Positions 1-10,335 of a stretch of 64,000 nucleotides of DNA are shown here, one piece after another (position 1 is the stretch's first letter; each line of letters starts with the position of its first letter). The notes beneath the pieces were generated by a model. The model saw only the letters and a program-made list of their open reading frames with translations, was not told the origin of the DNA and did no database searches. The DNA is from Calditrichaceae bacterium (GTDB taxonomy: Bacteria > Calditrichota > Calditrichia > Calditrichales > JBFXGD01), in assembly GCA_050173015.1 (NCBI GenBank), contig JBFXLE010000024.1, positions 1-64,000 on the forward strand, given 5' to 3'. Position numbers and translations under genes: made by a program.

Positions 1-186
1 CGGTGAATTTCAACCGACTATATATTCATGTCGTCTCCTTTCTTTTTTGAGATGTCATATTACAAATGTATTTCATACATTTCTACACCATTAAAGATTG
101 TGAGACCTTTTTCTCAATTTACCGACAGGTTTGTGAGTGTAATCGAACAACTCAAATATGTCCTGAATGTCACTCGGGCACCTTTA

Positions 187-258
187 CTCTTAACTCTTAA
201 CTCTTTTCTCTTAACGCTCTTAAATTCTTACTTCCTACTTCTTACTTCCCACTTTTCT
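187..258. repeat. Degenerate tandem 7-mer array (CTCTTAA / CTTCYTA units)
   Basis: ctcttaa ctcttaa ctctttt ctcttaa cg ctcttaa attctta cttccta cttctta cttccca; similar units recur near 397-412 and 459-468. Confidence 0.75.
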
Positions 259-265
259 TCTCCCT

Positions 266-367
266 CTACTTTTTGAAGGCCAAAAAGTAGCAAAAAGCCC
301 TGGCGAATTTTAACTCGTATAAATTTTTCCGTTTTTCTTATTCATCCACTCGGACAGAAAATTCGCC
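266..367. repeat. Structured intergenic element with two inverted-repeat pairs
   Basis: CTACTTTTTG-aaggc-CAAAAAGTAG (266-290) and GGCGAATTTT (302-311) / AAAATTCGCC (358-367). Confidence 0.6.
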
Positions 368-437
368 CCTAAGAATTCCGCAACACAATAGTTGAATCTT
401 AAACTCTTAATTCTTTTTTCTTTTATCTTTTTTCTTA

Positions 438-459
438 GGCGCGAGCATCACGCCCCTAC
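438..459 (-). repeat. GTAG-type REP-like palindrome
   Basis: Minus strand GTAGGGGCGTGATGCTCGCGCC: GTAG tetranucleotide followed by the short imperfect hairpin GGCGTGA-tgc-TCGCGCC. Confidence 0.5.
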
Positions 460-468
460 TTCTTACTT

Positions 469-2220
469 TCAATCCATCCTCCCCGCCAAAACAATGGTAT
501 CTTTAAATTCTTCCAATATCCCATTCCGGTCATTGAGTATCTGTAAAAAAATGATATAAATGCCTATTCGCGCTTTTTGCGAATGATCATCCCTGCCGTC
601 CCAGACAAATGACTGTGTCGAACCGGAAAAGCGGTTGTCGGAAAGTGTTCGGATTTTTCTTCCCAGGATATCAAATATTTCCAATCTGATCCTTGCGGCA
701 TCTACCGGTAAATTAACAGATATGACAGCATGATCTTCATAGCCGTCTCCATCCGGTGAAAAAGGATTAGGGCTGAGGCTGATCTTCATTTTTGAAGATG
801 AAAAATCGCTATAAATTGAATTTACTCTGCCGGGAGTACCGCCTGATCCATCCGTTGATGGCCCCCAGCTTGAGCGCGAATCGGCTGCCAACTTTACATT
901 TATTCGTTCAATTGACGGCTTACGCCATGATTCTCCTTCCAGCCAGGAGTCCGTATAATGAATTTCTTCAATCATTTCTCCGGCCGGATGAATGAGTCTG
1001 ACCAGATCCTCTGAATTATTGAGAGTCGGCAGTTTTTCTATTTCCAGGAGAAGCGTATCGGCCACCTCATAGAAATCAGTCAGGCTTTTACTTGCTGTGA
1101 TGACCTTGAACTGATCCGGAAATATATAGGCGGCGGAATCAATAATGACCGTGTCTTCCCTGTCGGCGATAGCCCAATCTTTGAGAGAAAGAGGCTCATC
1201 ACCGTCATTTATAAGCTCAATCCACTCAGGCTCGGATTCTCCCGTCAAAAATTTTACTTCATTAATTCTAACCGTTGATCTCCCCTCCATCACATAGACT
1301 CCGGTTACCAAAACATTATTTGATTCATTTTCATCCGAATCTGTTTTGATATTTGCTGTTATTGTGTAATATCCTTCGAAATCCGGAGTCCAGCTGCCTT
1401 CAAAGCGAACAGAATCACCGGATGATACAGCGGCGCCGGAACGGACATCAATAATTCTGAATTCACCCAAATCCGCCATGGAATCCGCGTCCATATCAAC
1501 AAACAACGTTAACTCCATATCCCCCCGGTACTCATCCGTTCCCAAATTATAAATCGTGCATTCGAACTTAATTTCCTGTCCTGTTCTAACTGCATCCTCG
1601 GGCATAAAGCGGATGGACTTTTCCCTGAAACCCAAATCTTGCTGACATGGTGAAATGGAGTTACGATAGCCGGGTGTTCCGCCTTTGACAATACAGTTCC
1701 CCCAGTTAGCGAGGCTATTGTCATCAGACATTTCAATTTTCTCATCTGAAAAACCGGAAATATTATCAGTAGTATAGCGATATCGCGAAATTAAATGGCC
1801 TGCCGAATCGATCAGAGACAATTCCCTGGCAGTGGTATTCGGTAAACCGCTGGACCCGAATGCTTTATCCGAAATAGTGACGATAAGCGCCGAATCCGGA
1901 ATGATATCATCATACGTTGTGGAATTATCAAAATAACTTCCGTCTAAGATCACAGCAAACCGGCCGGGCCTAACCAGTAATCCGTATCCGGCATCGGTGA
2001 TCATATCAGTATTCAGGCTATCGCTCAGCGTCCAATCCTTCAGATCGATTGTATCGGTTGTGGATAAATTATAAATTTCAATAAATTCATCATGGTAGTC
2101 TGATCCTTCCACATCATACATCACTTCGGTAAAAGTCACCTGCGCGTCAATCCGGATAATCATAATTAGCACCAAAATCAGTACAAATACCCCACGCCAT
2201 TGGCCGGTTATTCCAGTCAT
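469..2220 (-). CDS. Secreted lamin-tail-domain protein (two LTD + CARDB-like) with gliding-motility/T9SS-type C-terminal domain
   Basis: Signal peptide; 'VTFTEVMYD..EFIEIYN' and 'VRINEVKF..EWIELIN' LTD motifs each ending GTPG..NS; 'DENESNN' CARDB; C-terminal 'PNPFSPDGDG..IFDILGRKIRTL..WDGRD..GIYII'. Confidence 0.8.
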   Translation of the reverse strand: MTGITGQWRGVFVLILVLIMIIRIDAQVTFTEVMYDVEGSDYHDEFIEIYNLSTTDTIDLKDWTLSDSLNTDMITDAGYGLLVRPGRFAVILDGSYFDNSTTYDDIIPDSALIVTISDKAFGSSGLPNTTARELSLIDSAGHLISRYRYTTDNISGFSDEKIEMSDDNSLANWGNCIVKGGTPGYRNSISPCQQDLGFREKSIRFMPEDAVRTGQEIKFECTIYNLGTDEYRGDMELTLFVDMDADSMADLGEFRIIDVRSGAAVSSGDSVRFEGSWTPDFEGYYTITANIKTDSDENESNNVLVTGVYVMEGRSTVRINEVKFLTGESEPEWIELINDGDEPLSLKDWAIADREDTVIIDSAAYIFPDQFKVITASKSLTDFYEVADTLLLEIEKLPTLNNSEDLVRLIHPAGEMIEEIHYTDSWLEGESWRKPSIERINVKLAADSRSSWGPSTDGSGGTPGRVNSIYSDFSSSKMKISLSPNPFSPDGDGYEDHAVISVNLPVDAARIRLEIFDILGRKIRTLSDNRFSGSTQSFVWDGRDDHSQKARIGIYIIFLQILNDRNGILEEFKDTIVLAGRMD

Positions 2221-2380
2221 ATCATGTCACTCCAATTTTGAAATATTAATAGACAGGGTAATGCTACCCGTTAATTCCAAGTCTTTGAGAGTTGATACAA
2301 AAATTTATGAATTGATATGAAAATACTTTATCAGAATTATGGCATCAGCCGTGACAATGTCAGGAAATTGATATTGAATA

Positions 2381-3628
2381 TCAGAAATTGAACAGTAACC
2401 TAAAATAAAATGACGGCGAACGGAGCAGCGCCCGCAAATTCAGATCATCAAACATATAAGTAAAAACATCTTTAACGGCTGGATTGTTATTTGCTCTGTT
2501 AACGACAAAATTGAAAAGCCAGGGAAATTTTACCAGCCGCTGAATGGTATAACTTAATCTCAATTCATCCCATAACCTGTTATAAATCGCTGTGTCATAT
2601 TGCGTCAAAAAATCACCGGAGTAATTATTTGCATCCACAGCTTGTTTTATCACTTTCGCGGCAATCTCACCACTCACCAGCGCGTTCCCGATCCCTTCAC
2701 CTGTGAATGGGTCAATCAATGAACCGGCATCCCCGGTGAGCAAAAACCGATCCCCTGAGATCTGGCGTTTTTTTGAACCTAAGGGCAATCCCCAGCCCTT
2801 TATATCTCCTATAAGCCGCGCGTCCTTAAATCTTGTCCGAAATTCTTCATGCCCGGATAATAATTGCAGCATTTCTTTTTTCATATTGAAACTTTTATTT
2901 CGCATATTATCGGATAATATCCCGATACCGACATTCGCCATATTATCAGCCATGGGAAAGATCCAAAGATAGCCCGGCAGAATTTCTTTTATAAAATGCA
3001 ACTCAATAAAGTTTCCGGGATGGTGTCCACCGACATTTTTGTAATAGGCCCGGACACCGGCTGAATAATGTGCCGGATCCATCCTGTGTCCCGCCAGATT
3101 TTTTGCAATCAAAGAACGATCACCTTCCGCGCCGACAACAACTTTACAATGACAGGTACCGGAATGGCCATTTTTACTGAACGTCAGATCCACACCTTTC
3201 TCATGACGATTTATGCCCGTTATTTCAGTCCCATGATGAATATCCGCGAAACCGGTATCCAGTTTTTGAGTTAGGAAATGATCAAAGTCCATCCGTTTGG
3301 CAATAAATCCGGGAGCATGGGGCTCTTTATGGTTATTTTTTCTGAATGGAATCTCCAGTACTTTGCGGTTGGGCGCGTAAAATTGTACACCCCAGCTTTC
3401 CAGAAATATATCTTTCTGAATTTCCATTTCTTCAATCAATCCGGGATCGTATGATTTTAAAACACTAAGGACTTTTCCACTGAGCGCGTCGCCACATATT
3501 TTATCGCGCGGAAAGACCGCTTTATCAAAAATAACATGGTTAACACCCGCTTTTGAAAGAAATAGAGAAGTACTGCTGCCTGCAGGTCCGGCGCCAATGA
3601 TGGCCACGTCCGTTTGAATGTCGTACAT
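2381..3628 (-). CDS. Geranylgeranyl reductase family FAD-dependent oxidoreductase
   Basis: GAGPAGS FAD motif, FPRDKICGD, PGYLWIFP, LTGDAGSLIDPFTGEGIGNA. Confidence 0.9.
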   Translation of the reverse strand: MYDIQTDVAIIGAGPAGSSTSLFLSKAGVNHVIFDKAVFPRDKICGDALSGKVLSVLKSYDPGLIEEMEIQKDIFLESWGVQFYAPNRKVLEIPFRKNNHKEPHAPGFIAKRMDFDHFLTQKLDTGFADIHHGTEITGINRHEKGVDLTFSKNGHSGTCHCKVVVGAEGDRSLIAKNLAGHRMDPAHYSAGVRAYYKNVGGHHPGNFIELHFIKEILPGYLWIFPMADNMANVGIGILSDNMRNKSFNMKKEMLQLLSGHEEFRTRFKDARLIGDIKGWGLPLGSKKRQISGDRFLLTGDAGSLIDPFTGEGIGNALVSGEIAAKVIKQAVDANNYSGDFLTQYDTAIYNRLWDELRLSYTIQRLVKFPWLFNFVVNRANNNPAVKDVFTYMFDDLNLRALLRSPSFYFRLLFNF

Positions 3629-3896
3629 TGAGTATGATTATCCTGTGAAAGAAGTTAAAAGCCCGCGTCTGTCATGATGCAATTTTTGTTTAATTTAATG
3701 TATATAAAAATAAATTGCTATTCATCATGAAATTTTTATTCGAAAATTGCATGAGAGAGATGATGCCCTGTTCGTAAGGAGGGAAGTCAAAGTAAAAATG
3801 CCACAAAAATATTAACCGGAATATTATATGTTGATTTTTCCTTCTCACGTATATAATTCTTATACCATTCACGCATCAGCTACGGGGGAAAATCGT

Positions 3897-4739
3897 ATGC
3901 GACGTTTAATAATCTGGTTTGTATTGCCTGTTTTTGTTTTGGTTTTTATCTATAATTGTTCCAAAGATTCAACAAGTTCGAACGGGATAACTGAATACGA
4001 CGTTCTGGTTTTATCAAATTATCCTGAAGCGATGGCATGGATAGATTCAGCCTATGCGGCCAATATAACCAATATCAAGATTACGACAATGGATATCGAA
4101 AACGATACCGCTTCCGTTTCGTTCATGAGAGATTTTCATGTCGTTCTTTTATTTGAAGACGGCCTTGTGAACAACGCTTCCATGCTGGGTGACAGTTTAT
4201 ATCAATACGTTATGACAGGCGGTAATTTACTGCTCTCGACCTTCTACTGGCAGGATCGCAGCGATGGTGGCTATAACGGCTCCTGGGGAGATCTGGAATT
4301 GATTGATCCCTTATATGGCGGAAGCTGCCGTTATGAAATGGATACCCTTGGAACCACTATGACACATGCGTTGACAAGTGGTATTGACAGTCTCCAGACC
4401 TATTACCGGGGCGGTCCGAACACATTGCGGGTTGGCGCCACCAGTCTCGCCAACTGGAGTAATGGAGATATTTTAATTGCCTACAACAAGCCGGCGGGAA
4501 CGATAACCGCGGTCACCTCCTATCCCGCGGAACCATTTCTGCAGCTTCGTCAATCTCATCTGGATGTTCGCGGAGATTATTTTAAGTTATGGGAGAATGC
4601 AATTAAATGGACAGGTTCTCAAAAACCGGTTTCAAAACCTAACGCGGTGATCTCCGGTAAAAACCGTATGACAGACGGGCATAATGTAAACACAAAGAAA
4701 TCAGATCAAACCACTGGTTCAAAACGAACTAATCGATAA
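3897..4739 (+). CDS. Hypothetical lipoprotein
   Basis: ATG at 3897 after GGGGGA; signal peptide MRRLIIWFVLPVFVLVFIYN-C; 'VVLLF..LGDSLYQYVMTGGNLLL' resembles a class I GATase-like fold (weak). Confidence 0.7.
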   Translation: MRRLIIWFVLPVFVLVFIYNCSKDSTSSNGITEYDVLVLSNYPEAMAWIDSAYAANITNIKITTMDIENDTASVSFMRDFHVVLLFEDGLVNNASMLGDSLYQYVMTGGNLLLSTFYWQDRSDGGYNGSWGDLELIDPLYGGSCRYEMDTLGTTMTHALTSGIDSLQTYYRGGPNTLRVGATSLANWSNGDILIAYNKPAGTITAVTSYPAEPFLQLRQSHLDVRGDYFKLWENAIKWTGSQKPVSKPNAVISGKNRMTDGHNVNTKKSDQTTGSKRTNR

Positions 4740-4754
4740 ATCTTCTCAATTTTG

Positions 4755-4796
4755 AAACATCCGCCAACTGTTGATCATGCTGGCGGATGTTTTTTT
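4755..4796. terminator. Likely bidirectional intrinsic terminator
   Basis: AAACATCCGCCA...TGGCGGATGTTTTTTT hairpin between convergent genes. Confidence 0.8.
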
Positions 4797-4799
4797 CTT

Positions 4800-5378
4800 C
4801 TATTTGACCATTCCGGAAAATCCCATAAAAGCCATCGCCAGTATACCGGCCACTATCAGGGCCAGAGGAGAACCGGCGAATAATTTCGGAATTTCTCTTG
4901 TCTCAAGCGCTTCTCTGATTCCGGCAAATAAGATAAGAGCCAACCCGAATCCGATGGCCGAGGCAAAAGAAAAAATCACTGTGCTGAGAAAATCTAAATT
5001 GGACTGAACCGACAAAATGGCAATTCCGAGAATCGCGCAATTGGTAGTGATTAAAGGTAGGAATATTCCGAGCGCCTTGTACAAAGACGGTGCCGTTTTT
5101 TTCATGACAATTTCAACAAACTGCACAAGTGAAGCGATCACCAGGATAAATACAATCGTCTGCAGATATTGAATCCCCGCGGGAACCAGAACATAATTTT
5201 GTATGATATAGGTAATCGCGCCGGCCAGAGTCAATACAAATGTTACTGCCATTCCCATTCCAATGGCGGTATCTGTTTTTTTCGACACTCCCATGTATGG
5301 GCAGATACCCAAAAATTTTGTAAAAACGACATTATTTACAAAGATCGCACTGATGATCATTAATATCATGCTGCCCAT
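4800..5378 (-). CDS. rnfA: Rnf complex subunit A
   Basis: [32 protein letters not shown] overlaps the rnfE TGA. Confidence 0.93.
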   Translation of the reverse strand: MGSMILMIISAIFVNNVVFTKFLGICPYMGVSKKTDTAIGMGMAVTFVLTLAGAITYIIQNYVLVPAGIQYLQTIVFILVIASLVQFVEIVMKKTAPSLYKALGIFLPLITTNCAILGIAILSVQSNLDFLSTVIFSFASAIGFGLALILFAGIREALETREIPKLFAGSPLALIVAGILAMAFMGFSGMVK

Positions 5379-5980
5379 CAACGGTCTCCTCCGGCCAGTT
5401 TACTGATTTTATTCATCCCCACCATCATAAATCCAAGTGTGATGAATGCTCCCGGCGCCAGAACAAAGAGCAGGATCGTTCGCCACGTCTCCGGCAGGAA
5501 ACGGTGACCCAGCAGCGCTCCGGAACCAAGAATTTCCCTGATACTTCCCAGAATGAACAAAGTAAATGTAAATCCCAATCCCATTGAAATACCGTCGATA
5601 AACGACTCCCATATGCTGTTTTTTGAAGCAAAGGCCTCCGCGCGTCCCAAAATGATACAATTCACGACGATCAGCGGAATAAATAATCCGAGCGTCTTAT
5701 GTAAGTCATACATTGTTGCCTGCAACCCCATATCCACTATGGTAACAAAAGTAGCAATGATAACTATAAACGCCGGGATCCGAACGCGATTCGGGATCAC
5801 ATTTTTTAACGCGGAAACGACAACGTTGGAACCGGTCAAAACAAACAGTGTGCTCAGTCCCATTCCTATACCGTTCTCCGCGGAGGAAGTTACGGCGAGG
5901 GTCGGACAGAGTCCCAAAAGTAGACCGGTCACAGGATTTTCAGTAAACAAGGCCTTTTTAAATTTGGATCCGATATCCAT
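5378..5980 (-). CDS. rnfE: Rnf complex subunit E
   Basis: [34 protein letters not shown]. Confidence 0.95.
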   Translation of the reverse strand: MDIGSKFKKALFTENPVTGLLLGLCPTLAVTSSAENGIGMGLSTLFVLTGSNVVVSALKNVIPNRVRIPAFIVIIATFVTIVDMGLQATMYDLHKTLGLFIPLIVVNCIILGRAEAFASKNSIWESFIDGISMGLGFTFTLFILGSIREILGSGALLGHRFLPETWRTILLFVLAPGAFITLGFMMVGMNKISKLAGGDR

Positions 5981-6561
5981 TACTCCTGTTCCTCCTTAAC
6001 CGTTTTAAATATTCTTAAAGCGCGTTCCACGCCGGCGGTAAATGCCCTGGATGTAATCGTTGCCGCGGTTATGGCATCCACATCGCCTCCATCCTTTTTA
6101 ACCCGCCATTTCGTGTTTTGAAGAGTTCGGCCGGAGAATTGTTCCTTGAAAAGTGGTTTGGTCATCCCATCCCCCAACCCGGGTGTTTCTTTATGATCAA
6201 GGACATAGGTGTCTAAAATGGTACCTGATGAATCGATACCAACCATCATATCAAAGTCATTGGTAAACCCATTCGGCCCTTTTACAATAATCGCGTATCC
6301 CAAAACAACACTGTCCTCATTCACCGCCTTAAAATATTTTGCCTTTGAACCATCAATCTGTGTTTCAGCCGGATTTTCGGAGAATTTATAATCTTTGATG
6401 CCGTGTAATACAATCCCGATTGCCTTTTTGGTTTCGGCTTTTTTATTAATTTCAATGGGTCCGGTGGTGACTTTATTGACATAGGCCAGAAGTACCGCCG
6501 AACACATCGCGATCAACACAAGAACGATGATGACCCTGAAACCTGATTCTTCTTTAGCCAT
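5980..6561 (-). CDS. rnfG: Rnf complex subunit G
   Basis: N-terminal TM helix, HKETPGLG, DAITAATITS FMN-attachment motif; start could be 6576. Confidence 0.92.
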   Translation of the reverse strand: MAKEESGFRVIIVLVLIAMCSAVLLAYVNKVTTGPIEINKKAETKKAIGIVLHGIKDYKFSENPAETQIDGSKAKYFKAVNEDSVVLGYAIIVKGPNGFTNDFDMMVGIDSSGTILDTYVLDHKETPGLGDGMTKPLFKEQFSGRTLQNTKWRVKKDGGDVDAITAATITSRAFTAGVERALRIFKTVKEEQE

Positions 6562-7522
6562 TTTTAACCATCCCAAATCGTTTTACCGGAAAATATTTAT
6601 CGATAAGCGGAACAACCGCGTTCATTAATAATATGGCGAATGATACTCCTTCCGGATAACTTCCGAAAAGTCTGATAATTGCCGTTAACAATCCGCAACC
6701 GATTCCAAAAATGAGTTTACCCTTAAATGTCAAAGGTGAAGTCACCATGTCTGTGGCCATAAACAGCGCTCCCAGAAAGAGTCCGCCGGACAGGACATGA
6801 AATACCGGACTGGCATAAGCAGCAGGATCCGATAAGTAAAAGACACCTGTGAAAAGAAATACGGTTAGAATAAACAGTACCGGAATTTCCCAGGTGATAT
6901 ATTTTTTGTACAATAAAAACAGCGCCCCTAATAATAGTGCCGCCGCGGAAATTTCACCCAATGATCCGGGCATATTACCTATTGCCAGATCGGTAAAAGA
7001 GGTATTCACAAGCGCTCCCGCGCCTTCAGTTTTTAAAATCCCAAGCGGAGTGGCGCCGGTAATTCCGTCCGCCGCTTTGCCGGGCATCAACCATGAAGTC
7101 ATTTCAACAGGAAAGGATATTAACAAAAATACGCGCGCCACCAATGCCGGATTGAAAATATTCTGGCCTAATCCGCCAAATACCTGCTTGCCGAGAACGA
7201 TGGCTACAATGGAGCCGATAAAAATCAGCCACCAGGGCGCGTTCGCCGGAAGATTCATCGCTAACAACAGACCGGTCAGCAGCGCGCTGCCATCAAGATA
7301 ATTAATTTTATATTGTACAAGTTTTGAGATCACCGCTTCAATTCCAACACAAAACAGCGCCGAAAGCAATATCACACGAAATGCCTGCCATCCAAAAAAC
7401 CAGACAGATATACCCATCGCCGGCATCAGCGCCAGACTGACTGTATACATAATTCGTGAAGTAGATTCCACCGCCTGCATCTGCGGAGACGAATCCATCA
7501 AAAGCAGCCTGTTAGTTTCCAA
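6554..7522 (-). CDS. rnfD: Rnf complex subunit D
   Basis: KQVFGGLGQNIFNPA, DGITGATPL, FMATDMVTSP, YPEGVSFAIL; likely TTG start at 7522 after AGGAG. Confidence 0.93.
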   Translation of the reverse strand: METNRLLLMDSSPQMQAVESTSRIMYTVSLALMPAMGISVWFFGWQAFRVILLSALFCVGIEAVISKLVQYKINYLDGSALLTGLLLAMNLPANAPWWLIFIGSIVAIVLGKQVFGGLGQNIFNPALVARVFLLISFPVEMTSWLMPGKAADGITGATPLGILKTEGAGALVNTSFTDLAIGNMPGSLGEISAAALLLGALFLLYKKYITWEIPVLFILTVFLFTGVFYLSDPAAYASPVFHVLSGGLFLGALFMATDMVTSPLTFKGKLIFGIGCGLLTAIIRLFGSYPEGVSFAILLMNAVVPLIDKYFPVKRFGMVKNG

Positions 7523-7524
7523 TG

Positions 7525-8856
7525 TCAATTTTCTCTCCTGATCATGTTTTTTCCGAGACGCATCCACTGAACCAGCTTGCGGTTAGCCGGACAATTATAA
7601 GAGCAACTCCCGCATTCAATACAATCAAGAATCGCTTCCCTGGCGGATTTATCCATTTTGTTCGAGCGGATCATATCGGTAAATGTGACCGGAGTGAGTC
7701 CCATAGGACAAACCGTGATACAGGACCCGCATCGAATACAGGGATTTTCAGCGCGATTAACAATAAACGATTCATCAAAGAAAAGTAAAGCAGACGTGGT
7801 TTTGGTGACGGGGCTCTCAAAGGAAAATGATGTCTTACCCATCATTGGCCCGCCGCTTATGAACATTTTTACGCTATGGGTATCGATATCAAAATCTTTT
7901 ATTATGGTTGAGACCGGTGTTCCGACAGGAAGCATGATATTCCCCGGATGAGGAACAAGGTTACCGGCAACGGTGACCACGCGGCCGGAAAGCGGACGAT
8001 TGAAATAAACTGCCTCCTGGATCGCTACGACGGTAGAAACATTCTGAACCACCACTCCCACATCCATCGGAAGATTTTTGGAAGGCACTTCTCTGTTTAA
8101 GATTGCCTTGATCAGCTGTTTCTCTCCACCCTGCGGATATTTGACTTTTAAAGGGGATATAAAAATATTTTTGTAATTTTTTGATTTTCTCTCGAGGAGG
8201 CGGATGGCATCCGGTTTATTGACTTCAATACCAATAAAGACCGGAACCCCGTTAAATAATTTTTGAAGAAGCTGAATGCCCTTAAATAATTCATCCGCTC
8301 TCTCAAGCATCACCCGGTGATCAGAAGTAATGTAGGGTTCACATTCCGCGCCGTTTATAATCAGTGTGTCGATTATCTTATCCGGTGGCGGTGACAACTT
8401 TACATGTGTCGGGAACCCCGCGCCCCCCATGCCGACAATGCCGGCTTCTTCAATTTTTTTTCTGATTATTTCCGGTGTAAGTGAATCGATATCAATAGTT
8501 TTAATATTTTCCGATTCAATAATTTCTTGAAAACTTCGGCCCGGTTCATTGGGTTTTAGCAATATACAGTCACCAAACTGACCGCCCAGCTGAGGAAATC
8601 TTACAATTTTATCTACCGTTCCGTCCACCGGAGCGTGTACATTTGAAGAAACATATCCGGTTGATTTGGCGAGGATATCACCCCGTTTTACCACAGCCCT
8701 TCTTTCTACAACAACTTCGCATGGCTTTCCGATATGCTGGTTTATTGGTATCCAAAGCTGCTCGGGGATATGGCCGTATTTTATAACCTGATCGGATGAG
8801 CGTTTTTCCTGTGGAGGATGCACACCGCCTGATACGAAGGTTTTAAGCATCTGCAT
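7525..8856 (-). CDS. rnfC: Rnf complex subunit C
   Basis: GGVHP, GIVGMGGAGFPTHVKL, INGAECEPYITSD, two CxxCxxCxxxCP motifs. Confidence 0.95.
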   Translation of the reverse strand: MQMLKTFVSGGVHPPQEKRSSDQVIKYGHIPEQLWIPINQHIGKPCEVVVERRAVVKRGDILAKSTGYVSSNVHAPVDGTVDKIVRFPQLGGQFGDCILLKPNEPGRSFQEIIESENIKTIDIDSLTPEIIRKKIEEAGIVGMGGAGFPTHVKLSPPPDKIIDTLIINGAECEPYITSDHRVMLERADELFKGIQLLQKLFNGVPVFIGIEVNKPDAIRLLERKSKNYKNIFISPLKVKYPQGGEKQLIKAILNREVPSKNLPMDVGVVVQNVSTVVAIQEAVYFNRPLSGRVVTVAGNLVPHPGNIMLPVGTPVSTIIKDFDIDTHSVKMFISGGPMMGKTSFSFESPVTKTTSALLFFDESFIVNRAENPCIRCGSCITVCPMGLTPVTFTDMIRSNKMDKSAREAILDCIECGSCSYNCPANRKLVQWMRLGKNMIRREN

Positions 8857-9652
8857 AGAGCCCCCTTATCTCGATAGAGTGTGTTGGGCACGCCTCCACG
8901 CATTTTCCGCACAGATCACAATTTTCATAATTTATTTTAGCCAGAAAATTCTCAACCGTGATTGCCTGATGTTCACATACTTTAACGCATTTCTGACAGC
9001 CGATACATGCTGTTTCACACGCCCTTTTTGCATCTGCTCCCTTATCCGTATTGCTGCATGTTACTGTAATATTTTTTGAGACGGGCCGCATGTGCAGGAG
9101 ATGCTTTGGGCAGCTATCGATACAAATCGCACAGCCGCTGCAAACCTGATCATCTATCACAACAATCCCGTCTTCAATCTTCATCGCGCCGAAAGGACAG
9201 GCGTTTACGCAGGAACCAAGCCCCATGCACGCAAACGCGCAGGTTTTTGAGCTATCCGTAATGAGCGACATCGCCCAGCAATCATGAATCCCTTTGTACT
9301 CCATTACAGAAGGGGAATTATGGACCGTCCCGTTGCACATGAGAGAGGCCACCTGCTTTTCCCCGATACTGATATCCAGCCCGAGAATCTTTCCCACCTC
9401 TGTCATGATTTCCGATTCAGCCACCGGACATGGAGTGTCAATTTTCATACTGGAAACAAGGTTTTCCGCATAATTCGCGCATCCGGCAAATCCGCATCCA
9501 CCGCAATTCGCTCCGGGCAGAAGGTTTGTTATCCTTTCTATTCTCGGATCTTCATCCACATGGAATTTTTTCGATGCGATGAGCAGGCCTGTCGATGAGA
9601 GAAGAGCAAATCCCCCCAAAATCATTCCTGGAATCAATAGTTCCGCTGGCAT
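8843..9652 (-). CDS. rnfB: Rnf complex subunit B (polyferredoxin type)
   Basis: LPGANCGGCGFAGC and multiple CxxCxxCxxxC Fe-S motifs. Confidence 0.93.
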   Translation of the reverse strand: MPAELLIPGMILGGFALLSSTGLLIASKKFHVDEDPRIERITNLLPGANCGGCGFAGCANYAENLVSSMKIDTPCPVAESEIMTEVGKILGLDISIGEKQVASLMCNGTVHNSPSVMEYKGIHDCWAMSLITDSSKTCAFACMGLGSCVNACPFGAMKIEDGIVVIDDQVCSGCAICIDSCPKHLLHMRPVSKNITVTCSNTDKGADAKRACETACIGCQKCVKVCEHQAITVENFLAKINYENCDLCGKCVEACPTHSIEIRGLYADA

Positions 9653-10074
9653 TAATCCTCCTGGTACTTCTCAATTTTTTTGATTTGAATCGTGCTATTT
9701 TTATCACTGTACCGATCGTCTATCAATCGAATCAGGAATAAAGAGGCCACTAAACCGGCGATACCAAAGCCTAATTGTACCGGTTCATTAGATGAGTCGA
9801 ATAAAAGTCTCGCGAGAGCGATTCCGGTAAAAAACAGGATAATCGGTATAATATATAGAATTATCGAAGTCTGAATGACCCGGTCAAACTCCAGACGCAC
9901 TATTTGTGATTGTTTTAGAGGGAATGAAACCCTGTTTTTTTCGATTTGGACAGATTCCTTCGAACACATTCCCTTTATACCGCAGCTGCCACAGGCGCTA
10001 CTTTCTTCCAATTCAATAGTATATTTTGTATCGCCGATCTCCGCTACTCTTCCATAAACACAATTTGTTGTCAT
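9652..10074 (-). CDS. rseC: RseC/MucC (SoxR reducing system) family protein
   Basis: SSACGSC..GMC Cys motif plus two TM helices, first gene of the rnf operon. Confidence 0.8.
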   Translation of the reverse strand: MTTNCVYGRVAEIGDTKYTIELEESSACGSCGIKGMCSKESVQIEKNRVSFPLKQSQIVRLEFDRVIQTSIILYIIPIILFFTGIALARLLFDSSNEPVQLGFGIAGLVASLFLIRLIDDRYSDKNSTIQIKKIEKYQED

Positions 10075-10231
10075 CTGTAAATCCCGTTATTACTTGTAAG
10101 ATCAGAATAAAAATACAAATATTGTACCATCTGACCGGACAACCGGTATACCTTTTTAAAGCAGTAATATCAGGCTTTTGCTAATATTCTATTAAAATTT
10201 CAGGCGGGTAAATTCTCATTTATGATGTTTT

Positions 10232-10249
10232 TTGTGAACATTTTCCCAT
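10232..10249. promoter_or_regulatory. Rex-like operator upstream of the rseC-rnf operon
   Basis: TTGTGAA-CATT-TTCCCAT versus Rex consensus TTGTGAA-N4-TTCACAA (2 mismatches). Confidence 0.45.
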
Positions 10250-10271
10250 ATGTTGGAAAATCTCAATCTTC

Positions 10272-10312
10272 AAAAAAAAAGCGGCATGAGAAAAACACAT
10301 CTCACACCGCTT
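10272..10312 (-). terminator. Intrinsic terminator after the oxidoreductase operon
   Basis: A-tract + GCGG-ca-TGAGA...TCTCA-ca-CCGCTT hairpin. Confidence 0.6.
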
Positions 10313-10335
10313 CCCGATTCTTTTGGGGGGAATCG

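Noticed and set aside
98-117. TTGTGA...TCTCAA as a Rex site
   Set aside because: Spacer is 8 rather than 6 nt and the right arm is imperfect
187-258. CRISPR array
   Set aside because: Units are 7 nt with no spacers; no cas genes in the window
28-276. 82-aa plus-strand ORF
   Set aside because: Translation of the heptamer repeat region (LLTLNS repeats); no RBS and no protein-like features
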